Assembly: GCA_020631955.1 (NCBI GenBank)
Contig: JACKGL010000005.1
Coordinates: forward strand, 1 to 47,457
DNA from: Candidatus Nomurabacteria bacterium
GTDB taxonomy: Bacteria > Patescibacteriota > Minisyncoccia > Phycocordibacterales > UBA9973
DNA length: 47,457 nucleotides
Direction of reading: 5' to 3'
This document shows positions 28,883 through 36,350 of the stretch, in pieces. Every line of letters starts with the position of its first letter. Within the stretch, counting starts at the first letter, position 1. The translations under genes were made by a program, and so were the position numbers. The notes under the pieces are model-generated. The model searched no databases and was not told the origin of the DNA. It saw nothing but the letters and a program-made list of their open reading frames with translations.

Positions 28883-29401
28883 ATGAAAAGTTTACTCGTC
28901 GCAATTCTTGTTTGTATGAGCTTTGTTTCATGCAGTAAAAAAGAAAAACCTATCTACACAGGGTACAAGGGTGTAGAAACCACGATGTCTGGCAAAGAAG
29001 CCAAGCAATCATTTGAGATCTACTCAGACCTGTCTGACAGAATCAAAAGGATCTCACCGTCTTACATACACGTGAACGAGAATGAGATCTATCTGGAGCT
29101 CATATCTAATATCGAGCGGTATGAGAAAAAAGGCACATACATAGACGACATGCAGCTTGTCACTGAGGCTGTTAAGGTGAGAAACCAGCCACCTAAAGTG
29201 ATAGTAGAGTGTACTGTTTGCCCGTCTGGAGTAAAACAACTTACAAAGAACAAACAGGTTTTGCTCCTGATCACAAATGCCGTAAAGGACGGCTACACAG
29301 TGCGTGTAACATACAACCCAGACCGGGAAATAATCGTCTCGGTGAAGATATACAAAACCCAGCTTTCGCAAGCTGGGTTTTTTTATTCCAATATTCCGTG
29401 A
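28883..29401 (+). CDS. Hypothetical lipoprotein
   Basis: MKSLLVAILVCMSFVSC lipobox from the internal ATG at 28883 (track ORF starts at 28847). Visibly GC-richer than its neighbours. Confidence 0.55.
   Translation: MKSLLVAILVCMSFVSCSKKEKPIYTGYKGVETTMSGKEAKQSFEIYSDLSDRIKRISPSYIHVNENEIYLELISNIERYEKKGTYIDDMQLVTEAVKVRNQPPKVIVECTVCPSGVKQLTKNKQVLLLITNAVKDGYTVRVTYNPDREIIVSVKIYKTQLSQAGFFYSNIP
29354..29384. terminator. Bidirectional intrinsic terminator embedded in the overlapping 3' ends of two convergent CDS
   Basis: aaaa-cccagct-ttcgca-agctggg-ttttttt. Confidence 0.65.
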
Positions 29402-31149
29402 CTTTGATGTTGCCAGAGTTTGTGATAGACGTCTTTGTTTCTAAGAAGTTTGGTGTGTGATCCATCTTCTATTATCTTCCCTTCTTCCAAGACTATTATT
29501 CTATCCATAGACTTTATTGTCGAGAGTCTGTGAGCTATGACTATGCTAGTCCTGTCTTTCATGACTTCTTCTAGAGCGTCTTGAATATCCTTTTCTGTTT
29601 CTGAATCGAGCGAACTCGTCGCTTCGTCGAGTATAAATATAGGAGCGTTTTCAAGTATAGCTCGAGCTATGGCTACTCGCTGTCTTTGACCACCAGAGAG
29701 CTTGATCCCTCTCTCACCTACCGTGGTATCGTAACCTTGAGGTAACGTCATAATAAAGTCGTGTATCTTTGCTAACTTTGCTGCCCTTATCACTTCTTCC
29801 ATATCTGCGTCAGCTTTTCCATAAGAGATGTTTTCATAAAGACTTCTATGAAAAAGTTGAGGATCTTGTGGTACATATGAAATCAGTTTTCGAAGCTGAT
29901 CTTGAGTAGTCTTATAGATACTTTTGCCGTCTATTAATATGTCTCCACTATCTATATCCATAAATCTAAGTAGTAAGTTGGTGATAGTAGTCTTTCCTCC
30001 TCCAGAATATCCTACGAGCCCCACCTTGCTCTTACCTTTTATTTTTAGATTCAAATCATCAAAAACATTTTGTCCGTCTTTGTATCTGAAGTCTACATTT
30101 ACAAATTCTATACTTCCATCAGTCACGTTTATCATCTCCGGGTGTTCTGGATCTTTTATGTCTACTTCTGTCTCGAAAAGTTCTATTATCTCATTAGTGT
30201 CTGATATAGCTTCTATGAGATAGTTGTATGAGTTGGCAACATCCCAAATGCTCCTAGCCAATGTCTGTACATATGTAATAACAAGCACCACCACACCTAT
30301 AGTGATATCACCCCTATACCAAAGTAGTACTGCGTATCCTATACCAAACAAAAACAAAAGTGATACTATCATTCCCTGACGAAGATCAGTATAGGCGTTG
30401 TATTTCCAGAATTTATATATGGATACTCTTTCGGTGTCTGTTATTTTCTTATATCTATCTAGTTCTCTTTCAGAAGAAGAGAATATTTTTACATTTAAAA
30501 TATTTATTATTATGTCAGAAAGAGTTGCTGTCACTTTCGTGTCAGCCGCAGCTTTGGTTTTATTGATAGGAACCTTGTTTTTAGCAAAACCAAAAGATAA
30601 GGCCAAAAAAACTATTGACCACACCACAAACACACCGGCTAGTCTTATATCAAATACACCTAAAGTTGCTATTGTACCTACTAAAACGACGACAAAGAAA
30701 GTTAACCTACCTGTTATAGCTTCGTATATAGTCTGAAAAGCTCTATTGTATCTTCTTGTTTTGGCTATAAGACTACCAGAAAAGTTGTCAGCAAAAAATT
30801 TGTATGAATGTTTACTTATTCTATTAAATGCATCTAGTGATAGACGTTGTTGTATATCGCTTAGACACTTGGACATAAAATAAAAAGCGGAGGCAGAAAA
30901 TATTGTCCTAAATATTCGCACTATAAAAAGCACTATTATGAGATACACTAGGGCTTTTATCTCTTCTGGGGTTTTGGTATTGGTAGAAATATTATCTACT
31001 ATCTTTTGAAAATAAAGCGGGGTGATAACATAAGAAGCTACCATACCAAATATGTGAAAAACCCAGTCTAAAATAACCAATCTAATGTTTGGTTTAATAG
31101 CTGGCCAAAAATATGAAAATGTTTTTTTAAAATGAATATTTTTATCCAT
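29383..31149 (-). CDS. ABC exporter, fused permease and ATPase (MsbA/MdlB-like)
   Basis: 588 aa. Six N-terminal TM segments, Walker A GYSGGGKTT, signature LSGGQRQRVAIARA, Walker B IFILDEATS. Confidence 0.9.
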   Translation of the reverse strand: MDKNIHFKKTFSYFWPAIKPNIRLVILDWVFHIFGMVASYVITPLYFQKIVDNISTNTKTPEEIKALVYLIIVLFIVRIFRTIFSASAFYFMSKCLSDIQQRLSLDAFNRISKHSYKFFADNFSGSLIAKTRRYNRAFQTIYEAITGRLTFFVVVLVGTIATLGVFDIRLAGVFVVWSIVFLALSFGFAKNKVPINKTKAAADTKVTATLSDIIINILNVKIFSSSERELDRYKKITDTERVSIYKFWKYNAYTDLRQGMIVSLLFLFGIGYAVLLWYRGDITIGVVVLVITYVQTLARSIWDVANSYNYLIEAISDTNEIIELFETEVDIKDPEHPEMINVTDGSIEFVNVDFRYKDGQNVFDDLNLKIKGKSKVGLVGYSGGGKTTITNLLLRFMDIDSGDILIDGKSIYKTTQDQLRKLISYVPQDPQLFHRSLYENISYGKADADMEEVIRAAKLAKIHDFIMTLPQGYDTTVGERGIKLSGGQRQRVAIARAILENAPIFILDEATSSLDSETEKDIQDALEEVMKDRTSIVIAHRLSTIKSMDRIIVLEEGKIIEDGSHTKLLRNKDVYHKLWQHQSHGILE

Positions 31150-31230
31150 GAGAAATTATTTTACCACAATAAATATATATCTAGAATTATGATATAAAAT
31201 ATGCTAATCTAGACGAACAATAAAATAAAT

Positions 31231-31320
31231 GGAGGCGTGGCTGAGTGGTCGAAAGTACCTCACTGCTAACGAGGCGAGCTGTAAAAGGCTCCGAGGGTTC
31301 GAATCCCTCCGCCTCCGCCA
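31231..31320 (+). tRNA. tRNA-Ser (anticodon GCU), long variable arm, encoded CCA
   Basis: GGAGGCG TG GCTGAGTGGTCGAAAGT .. CTGCTAA .. variable arm GAGCTGTAAAAGGCTC .. GAGGG TTCGAAT CCCTC CGCCTCC G CCA. Confidence 0.9.
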
Positions 31321-31482
31321 AGTCGAGCTAGCTCGAGATGCCTTAAAAAATAAGAGTTTTCTCTTATTGAAAATCGCAACCCGTCTAGGACGCAAGAACC
31401 AATGAAAAACATAAAACCACCTCACAAAGGTGTTTTTATGTTTGTTGTAGTAAAAAGCAACAAATTATGCTATACTTCTCCT

Positions 31483-31683
31483 ATGAAAGACGATGCGAAA
31501 AAGTTAGGTGAGAACCTAAAGAAGATCAGAACAGAAAAGGATATTACTCAGGTCGAGATTGCAAAAAAGCTTGATGTAAACCGATCCTTTGTGAGCAACA
31601 TTGAGAACGGAAAAACTAATCCTACTCTTTCAACCATTACCAACCTAGCCAGAAGCTCATGGCCGGCCAGTTCTTTTCTTTGA
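31483..31683 (+). CDS. XRE-family HTH protein, C-terminally aberrant (possible truncation)
   Basis: LGENLKKIRTEKDITQVEIAKKLDVNRSFVSNIENGKTNPTLSTITNLA is a canonical Cro/C1 HTH. The tail SSWPASSFL overlaps the convergent gene by 47 nt. TATACT lies 6 nt before the ATG at 31483. Confidence 0.6.
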   Translation: MKDDAKKLGENLKKIRTEKDITQVEIAKKLDVNRSFVSNIENGKTNPTLSTITNLARSSWPASSFL

Positions 31684-31894
31684 TGAGGTTGAGCAATTGC
31701 ACTTCGGTCATATCGTTCACAAACGCCTCACCCTCAACCAAGGCTTCGTCCATGGCGGTCAGAAACTCTGGGTCATTCTGTCGCCACCGATAAGCACTCA
31801 TGCGAGAGATTCCAACCTTGTCACACGCGATTCTTACTACGGGAACTTTCCGAAGGTTCTCCAAGAACTCCTCCTGCTTTTTATTTTTCTTCAT
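31637..31894 (-). CDS. Phage-type HTH protein (terminase small-subunit N-terminal-like)
   Basis: 85 aa. ACDKVGISRMSAYRWRQNDPEFLTAMDEAL is the HTH found at the N-terminus of small terminase/TerS-like proteins. Its start overlaps the methylase stop by 14 nt. Confidence 0.45.
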   Translation of the reverse strand: MKKNKKQEEFLENLRKVPVVRIACDKVGISRMSAYRWRQNDPEFLTAMDEALVEGEAFVNDMTEVQLLNLIKEKNWPAMSFWLGW

Positions 31895-33191
31895 AGTGTT
31901 CGATGACTGCCTTCAGTCCCGTTAGTTTCTCAAAGCGTTTGATTGCCAAGTCACAAAAGACTGGCTCGAGTTCGACCGCGTATACTCGACGCTTCAGCAT
32001 TTCTCCTGCAATGAGCGTACTTGCAGACCCAGAGAACGAATCAAGAATTATGTCGTCAGGCTTGGTACAGCGGCGTATTGCTTTCTCGTGGAGCGTCGGC
32101 GGCTTGCTTGTGGCGTGTTCATACTCCCTGGAAGAAAGTCGCTTTGCTGTCCAGATTTCAATAAAGTCATCCACTTGGGCAATAAGATCATTGCCGGTGG
32201 TAAACTCTTTGTTCATCACCTCATTGAGATCCTTAATGGATTCCGCAAGGTAGGGTCTGCCTCGAGTTCCGTATACCGCAGGTTCGTATGCCTTGTTGCA
32301 ATATACTTTTGGCACAGGGTTCTGAGAATTCTTCAACCACAAGCATACTCGCTTATTGGTAATGCCAATCGAGCGGTACACCTCTTGAATCAGTCCGATG
32401 TAGATTTGGTCGCAGTAGTAGAAAACATGGGTGTCTGGATTTGCTACGGCAAGCGCGCTGGTGAGACTGTCCTTAATGAACTTCTTGTACTCGTCATAAG
32501 TGCGAGTATCGTTCACATTTCCTCCGTAACTTTGCTTGCCGCCAATACCGCCGTCATAGTTGATAGAAATATTGTAAACAGGGTCCGAATAGATCATCGA
32601 TACCTTTTCATTGCCGACCAGTCGCTTGAGAACATTCGGATCAGTTGAGTCTCCACAGATAAGGCGGTGTCTGCCGAGGGTGATAATGTCACCCAGTTTT
32701 GTAATAGGCTTCTTTATCTGTTTTAACTCCTTTTCTATATTGAAGTCGTCGTCTTTGGTTTCCAGTTCTTTGTCCCAGAACTTCGCCAAATCTACTTGGT
32801 CGAATCCAACGTCAAGAAGCATGTCGAAATCGAATGCTTTCAATTTATCCATGTCCCAATCTCCGCCAACTGCGTTGCTGGTTATAAGGTATTGGTCGTA
32901 CTCCTTTTGGGTGAGTTTACGATTCGGTACCCGCACTTCTATTTCTTCATTGCCACGCCCGAGTATTTGCAATGCTCGGATTCTTTGGTGTCCTGCGATT
33001 ATCTTTCCGTCCGTGTCTATTGCAGGAATTTCAACCAAGTTGAATCTGGTAAGACTTTTCTTAAGGTCGTTCATCTGTTTGTCGCTGATTGAACGAGGGT
33101 TCTTTGCATAGGGTAAAAGAGCGTCTACGACACGCTTTTCCGTATGCCAAATTAGTTTCTTTGACATAGTTATATAAGGCAGTTTTTCCAT
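31881..33191 (-). CDS. ParB-like nuclease domain fused to an N4/N6 DNA methyltransferase
   Basis: 436 aa. ParB-N box (IIAGHQRIRAL), then methylase motif IV variant SDPVYN and motif I ILDSFSGSASTLIAGE. No restriction partner is visible, which is the phage/plasmid orphan-methylase architecture. Confidence 0.8.
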   Translation of the reverse strand: MEKLPYITMSKKLIWHTEKRVVDALLPYAKNPRSISDKQMNDLKKSLTRFNLVEIPAIDTDGKIIAGHQRIRALQILGRGNEEIEVRVPNRKLTQKEYDQYLITSNAVGGDWDMDKLKAFDFDMLLDVGFDQVDLAKFWDKELETKDDDFNIEKELKQIKKPITKLGDIITLGRHRLICGDSTDPNVLKRLVGNEKVSMIYSDPVYNISINYDGGIGGKQSYGGNVNDTRTYDEYKKFIKDSLTSALAVANPDTHVFYYCDQIYIGLIQEVYRSIGITNKRVCLWLKNSQNPVPKVYCNKAYEPAVYGTRGRPYLAESIKDLNEVMNKEFTTGNDLIAQVDDFIEIWTAKRLSSREYEHATSKPPTLHEKAIRRCTKPDDIILDSFSGSASTLIAGEMLKRRVYAVELEPVFCDLAIKRFEKLTGLKAVIEHYEEK

Positions 33192-33436
33192 ACGAAAAAA
33201 CCACTAGTTAAATGAATAAAATTCCTTTTCTAGTTCCTTATACCAATGTGAGTTCTGCTCCTCGTTGGTTGTGGAAGCCTTGGGCGAATGCGCAAGGACT
33301 CGAACCGTACGACTTACTTGGATTAAAAAGTTCTGCTCTTTAATCGGTAGCGATCCAATCCGACCGGTTTTTCCGATCAGAAACGGTTGTTATCTAATAT
33401 TATACATCATATTCTTATTTTTGGTAAAATAGGGTT

Positions 33437-34432
33437 ATGAACGGTCGAGAGGATTTGAACAAAATGAAACAAGAGGCTCAAGACGCTGAAAATGGGAAGA
33501 GGTACTTCGAGGCGTCTATTTTATATAAGAATCTCCTTGCGGAAGCGAATAAGCAAAATAATTCAGAACTCATTGCAGAAGCAAAGAATAAAATGGTCGA
33601 AATGAATGGACTTGCAGAGGGGGAATATAAAGAGATTACGGGAGAGACGGAAGTTTCTCGTGAGGATATAGAAAAGCAGATCAAATATATTCTTGGAGAC
33701 AGTGAGAAACTTGATGATGTCCTGTACAGGATAGGTCATCATCCTCACATGTATCCAAAGAAAAAAGAGATAGAGGATACTACAGTTGTTCCTATATTTC
33801 GGGCACTAGCTTCAAATCACATAACATCAAAGGATAATCATGCATTGGGTGGAAATGACCAAAAATACATTTCATATATAGAAAACTATGGAATGCATCA
33901 AAGTGTAATTATGCAATTATGCATGGGTCGCTTGTTCAACGAACTCTACACCAAGTATGGACTGAACTCGGACACACTTACGGCCTATTTTGAGAGTAAG
34001 AAAGTCTTTTCTCAAGAGAATTTATTCTTTATTAAGTCAGGTTTGAAAAACTTCTTTGAGGAGGATTATTGCGCTGCAATACATGTTCTTGTGCCGAGAT
34101 TTGAGAGATGCTTCGTAGAGCTGTCAAAAGCACTTGGTATTAATACGGTTTCCTTAAAAAGAAACAAGAAAGGTGTTGATGACGTTGTTACTTCCGATAT
34201 AACCCTTTCTATTGATCTTCTTCGTAAGAAAGAATTTACCGACAAGTGGACTGAGGATTTTTGCGAGCATGTTATTTATGTGTTCTATGAGCGTCTTGGG
34301 TATGGACTTAGGCACAAAGTTGCCCATGGAACATTATCGTCTGGTGAAGCACATAAAAATGCGTGCGAACTGATCATCTACTTCTATCTAGTATTGGCGG
34401 CAAGAATAAAGATGAAAAATACTGACAAATAA
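33437..34432 (+). CDS. DUF4209-like protein with a C-terminal R-x4-H (HEPN-like) motif
   Basis: 331 aa. HVLVPRFERCFVELSKALG followed ~70 aa later by GYGLRHKVAHGTLS. TAAAAT lies 6 nt before the ATG. Confidence 0.45.
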   Translation: MNGREDLNKMKQEAQDAENGKRYFEASILYKNLLAEANKQNNSELIAEAKNKMVEMNGLAEGEYKEITGETEVSREDIEKQIKYILGDSEKLDDVLYRIGHHPHMYPKKKEIEDTTVVPIFRALASNHITSKDNHALGGNDQKYISYIENYGMHQSVIMQLCMGRLFNELYTKYGLNSDTLTAYFESKKVFSQENLFFIKSGLKNFFEEDYCAAIHVLVPRFERCFVELSKALGINTVSLKRNKKGVDDVVTSDITLSIDLLRKKEFTDKWTEDFCEHVIYVFYERLGYGLRHKVAHGTLSSGEAHKNACELIIYFYLVLAARIKMKNTDK

Positions 34433-34439
34433 TGTTTTT

Positions 34440-34469
34440 AAAAAAGTTACAGAGAATTGTAACTTTTTT
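34440..34469 (+). terminator. Intrinsic terminator of cassette 1
   Basis: aaaaaa-gttac-agagaatt-gtaac-tttttt. Confidence 0.7.
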
Positions 34470-34509
34470 AAAAACATGAGAAATGTGTCACTTTTGTAAC
34501 TTTTTGGGT

Positions 34510-34602
34510 GCTCGAGACCCTTCAGAAATATTTTCTAAAAAATGCTAAAATAACCTTACTGGGCTTGACCTCAAAAGGTTCTAACTCGAGATTGCCCGCC
34601 CG
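34510..34602 (+). repeat. Inter-cassette repeat, copy 1 (~93 nt)
   Basis: GCTCGAGACCC...ATGCTAAAATAACCTTACTGGGCTTGACCTCAAAAGGTTCTAACTCGAGATTGCCCGCCCG. Collinear similarity to copies 2 and 3. Confidence 0.6.
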
Positions 34603-34665
34603 AAATACTTGTTATCGGCAGACCCGACTGCCTAGGACTGTGGGACAACCCGAAAACCTATAGAT

Positions 34666-35217
34666 ATGAAATACGTATATCATTCATCGAAAACTCAAGG
34701 ATTGAAAAATATTGAACCACGAATAAGTACTCATGGAAATTCTTGGGTGTATGCGATGGAAAAACCTGAATATTGTTTGATGTTTCTCGGTAATCACGGA
34801 GACATTATCAATCAGACTGGTTTTACAGGTGGTATACCTTATATTGCCGAACGGTTTGAAGGAGCGCTTGAATATGCTTACAAAGATAAAACAGGCTCCA
34901 TTTATATCCTTGAAGGGCTTGATTTCAAGGCCGGGATGACAACCTTTACCAGAGAATTTGTTTGCGATCATTCTTGTGAGGTGGTTGAAGAACAAAAGAT
35001 TGAAGATACTCTAAAAGAGATCTTACGACTTGAATCGGAAGGAAAAATAAAAATATATAGATATCCTAATTTACCTTCCTGGATGCCGGCGGACAAAAGC
35101 GATTTGATCGAGAAAGTTATCGAATGGGCGAAGAAACCTGGGAGCACTATTTTGGAAGCGGTGAAAGAATTTCATCCTGACATTTTAAATAAAGTTACCC
35201 AGAAATTGAAAAATTAG
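34666..35217 (+). CDS. Hypothetical protein, possible ADP-ribosyltransferase-fold enzyme (weak motif evidence only)
   Basis: 183 aa. N-terminal VYHSS (H6), SWVYAM (Y29) and TREFVC (E97) could form an H-Y-E triad. The start resembles the LYHGT NAD-lobe motif of KptA/Tpt1-type enzymes. Confidence 0.3.
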   Translation: MKYVYHSSKTQGLKNIEPRISTHGNSWVYAMEKPEYCLMFLGNHGDIINQTGFTGGIPYIAERFEGALEYAYKDKTGSIYILEGLDFKAGMTTFTREFVCDHSCEVVEEQKIEDTLKEILRLESEGKIKIYRYPNLPSWMPADKSDLIEKVIEWAKKPGSTILEAVKEFHPDILNKVTQKLKN

Positions 35218-35311
35218 ACCCCGACCCACAAACCTTATTTTAACTTCTAGAACTCTGCTAAAATACTCTTATGGGGCCTCATTGACTTGGTACTGAACCC
35301 GAGTGGCCCGC
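35218..35311 (+). repeat. Inter-cassette repeat, copy 2 (~94 nt)
   Basis: ACCCCGACCC...CTGCTAAAATACTCTTATGGGGCCTCATTGACTTGGTACTGAACCCGAGTGGCCCGC, starting right after the stop codon of cassette 2. Confidence 0.6.
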
Positions 35312-35401
35312 ATCTTAGATGCTAGCACGAGAAGCGTTTAGAAAACGCTTTGTCAAATTTGCATAGAGTAAAATAAGCGGTTCTTCCTATATAATAAGAA
35401 T

Positions 35402-35857
35402 ATGAGCAGATACGTTATTGTCTCTTTTTTAGAGAAAGCTACTCTAGGAATTACGTTTTCTAAATCGGAATGGCTCTTACATCTGACGATTCTCCGTCCA
35501 TTTTTTTCAGACAATGAAGACGGTTATTTAATAGGGATACTGAAAGATTCTCTGTTAGAAAAACAAAAGGTTACTTCGACCGGAAAGGTAAAAGAAATGT
35601 TTGGTCCGAATAAAGACGTAGCAGTTACGGAATTAGAACATAATACTAGGATTCAAGACTTGCACGACAGTATTGAAAGTGCGTTTAAACCATTCATACG
35701 TTTTGAATCCGAACAATACCCCACCTACAGACCACATGTTACAAATCAAGGAAGTAGAGGAATTGTGGTTGGGGAAGAAGTCGTCATTAACTCTGTTTCT
35801 TTGGTAAAAATCGACAATGATTCTCGCCAAGTGTTAGCTACTGTTGCATTAATATAG
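35402..35857 (+). CDS. 2H phosphoesterase superfamily protein (LigT / cyclic phosphodiesterase-like)
   Basis: 151 aa with two H-x-T-x motifs ~84 aa apart: LHLTIL and RPHVTN. TATAAT lies 6 nt before the ATG. Confidence 0.65.
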   Translation: MSRYVIVSFLEKATLGITFSKSEWLLHLTILRPFFSDNEDGYLIGILKDSLLEKQKVTSTGKVKEMFGPNKDVAVTELEHNTRIQDLHDSIESAFKPFIRFESEQYPTYRPHVTNQGSRGIVVGEEVVINSVSLVKIDNDSRQVLATVALI

Positions 35858-35862
35858 AGACC

Positions 35863-35951
35863 GCTCGAGACACATCAATCTAAAGTCTGGAATAATACTA
35901 AATAGCCTTACAGAGCTTGTCCGAGAAAAGTTCCAACACGACGCTCTCCGC
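35863..35951 (+). repeat. Inter-cassette repeat, copy 3 (~89 nt), at the island/backbone junction
   Basis: GCTCGAGACAC...TACTAAATAGCCTTACAGAGCTTGTCCGAGAAAAGTTCCAACACGACGCTCTCCGC, starting 6 nt after the stop codon of cassette 3. Confidence 0.55.
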
Positions 35952-36011
35952 AGATTGAAAAACTTCTATTTTTATAAGATAATATAATTATTAGTATTTA
36001 TCTTTAAAATC

Positions 36012-36350
36012 ATGGAAGAAGTATCACAAACAACACCAAAACAAAACCCTATGGCAGGTTTTGTCGAATTTATACGTACACAAGGAGTTGTCGGACTGGC
36101 GGTCGGATTTATCTTAGGAGGCGCAGTATCAAAACTAGTCTCTGCTTTAGTAGAAAATATTATCAATCCACTAGTAGGTCTAGCGCTAGGAAAAGTAGAT
36201 CTCGCAGACAAAGCTGTCATGCTCGGTGATGCTTCTTTAAACTACGGTGCTTTTGTATCTACAATGATAGATTTCATCATCATAGCTGCAGTCGTATATT
36301 TCGGTGTAAAAGGTCTTGGTTTAGACAAACTTGATAAACCAAAAGCATAA
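36012..36350 (+). CDS. mscL: Large-conductance mechanosensitive channel
   Basis: 112 aa. GFVEFIRTQGVVGLAVGFILGGAVSKLVSALVENIINPLVG. Confidence 0.9.
   Translation: MEEVSQTTPKQNPMAGFVEFIRTQGVVGLAVGFILGGAVSKLVSALVENIINPLVGLALGKVDLADKAVMLGDASLNYGAFVSTMIDFIIIAAVVYFGVKGLGLDKLDKPKA

Larger units (their letters stand above)
31321..35970. mobile_element. Accessory island abutting the 3' end of tRNA-Ser: phage-like regulatory/methylase module plus three cassettes; no integrase in the window
   Basis: Flanked by backbone genes (ABC exporter and tRNA-Ser on one side, mscL on the other). GC is noticeably higher across 31.6-33.2 kb. Gene functions are phage/defence-type. A 14-nt palindrome tcgagctagctcga (31323-31336) lies directly after the tRNA. 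Confidence 0.5.

Noticed and set aside
31204-31425. 73-aa minus-strand ORF.
   Set aside because: It overlaps tRNA-Ser on the opposite strand and is Arg-rich because of the tRNA GC content. It is spurious.
31400-33200. Intact prophage.
   Set aside because: Only an XRE fragment, a TerS-like HTH and a ParB-methylase are present. There are no integrase, large terminase, portal, capsid or lysis genes, so it is a remnant at best.
33285-33375. tRNA-like stretch on the minus strand (…GTACGGTTCGAGTCCTTGCGCATTCGCCC) upstream of cassette 1.
   Set aside because: It contains a GGTTCGAGTCC T-loop-like motif, but the T stem has mismatches and there is no matching acceptor 5' strand, D arm or anticodon arm. 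At most it is a decayed tRNA 3' fragment or att remnant, not a gene. It does not match the tRNA-Ser 3' end.
31323-35870. Apparent enrichment of CTCGAG(A) in the island as a possible methylase target or att core.
   Set aside because: There are four CTCGAGA sites in the island spacers plus two CTCGAG sites in the methylase gene. However, CTCGAG also occurs in backbone genes (29.66, 43.92 and 44.17 kb), and I cannot compute significance. It is noted only as part of the repeat consensus.
33437-35951. Cassette array considered as a classical integron.
   Set aside because: No intI-like gene or attI is present, and I could not find RYYYAAC...GTTRRRY attC core pairs in the three ~90-nt repeats. I kept it as a cassette-like observation only.
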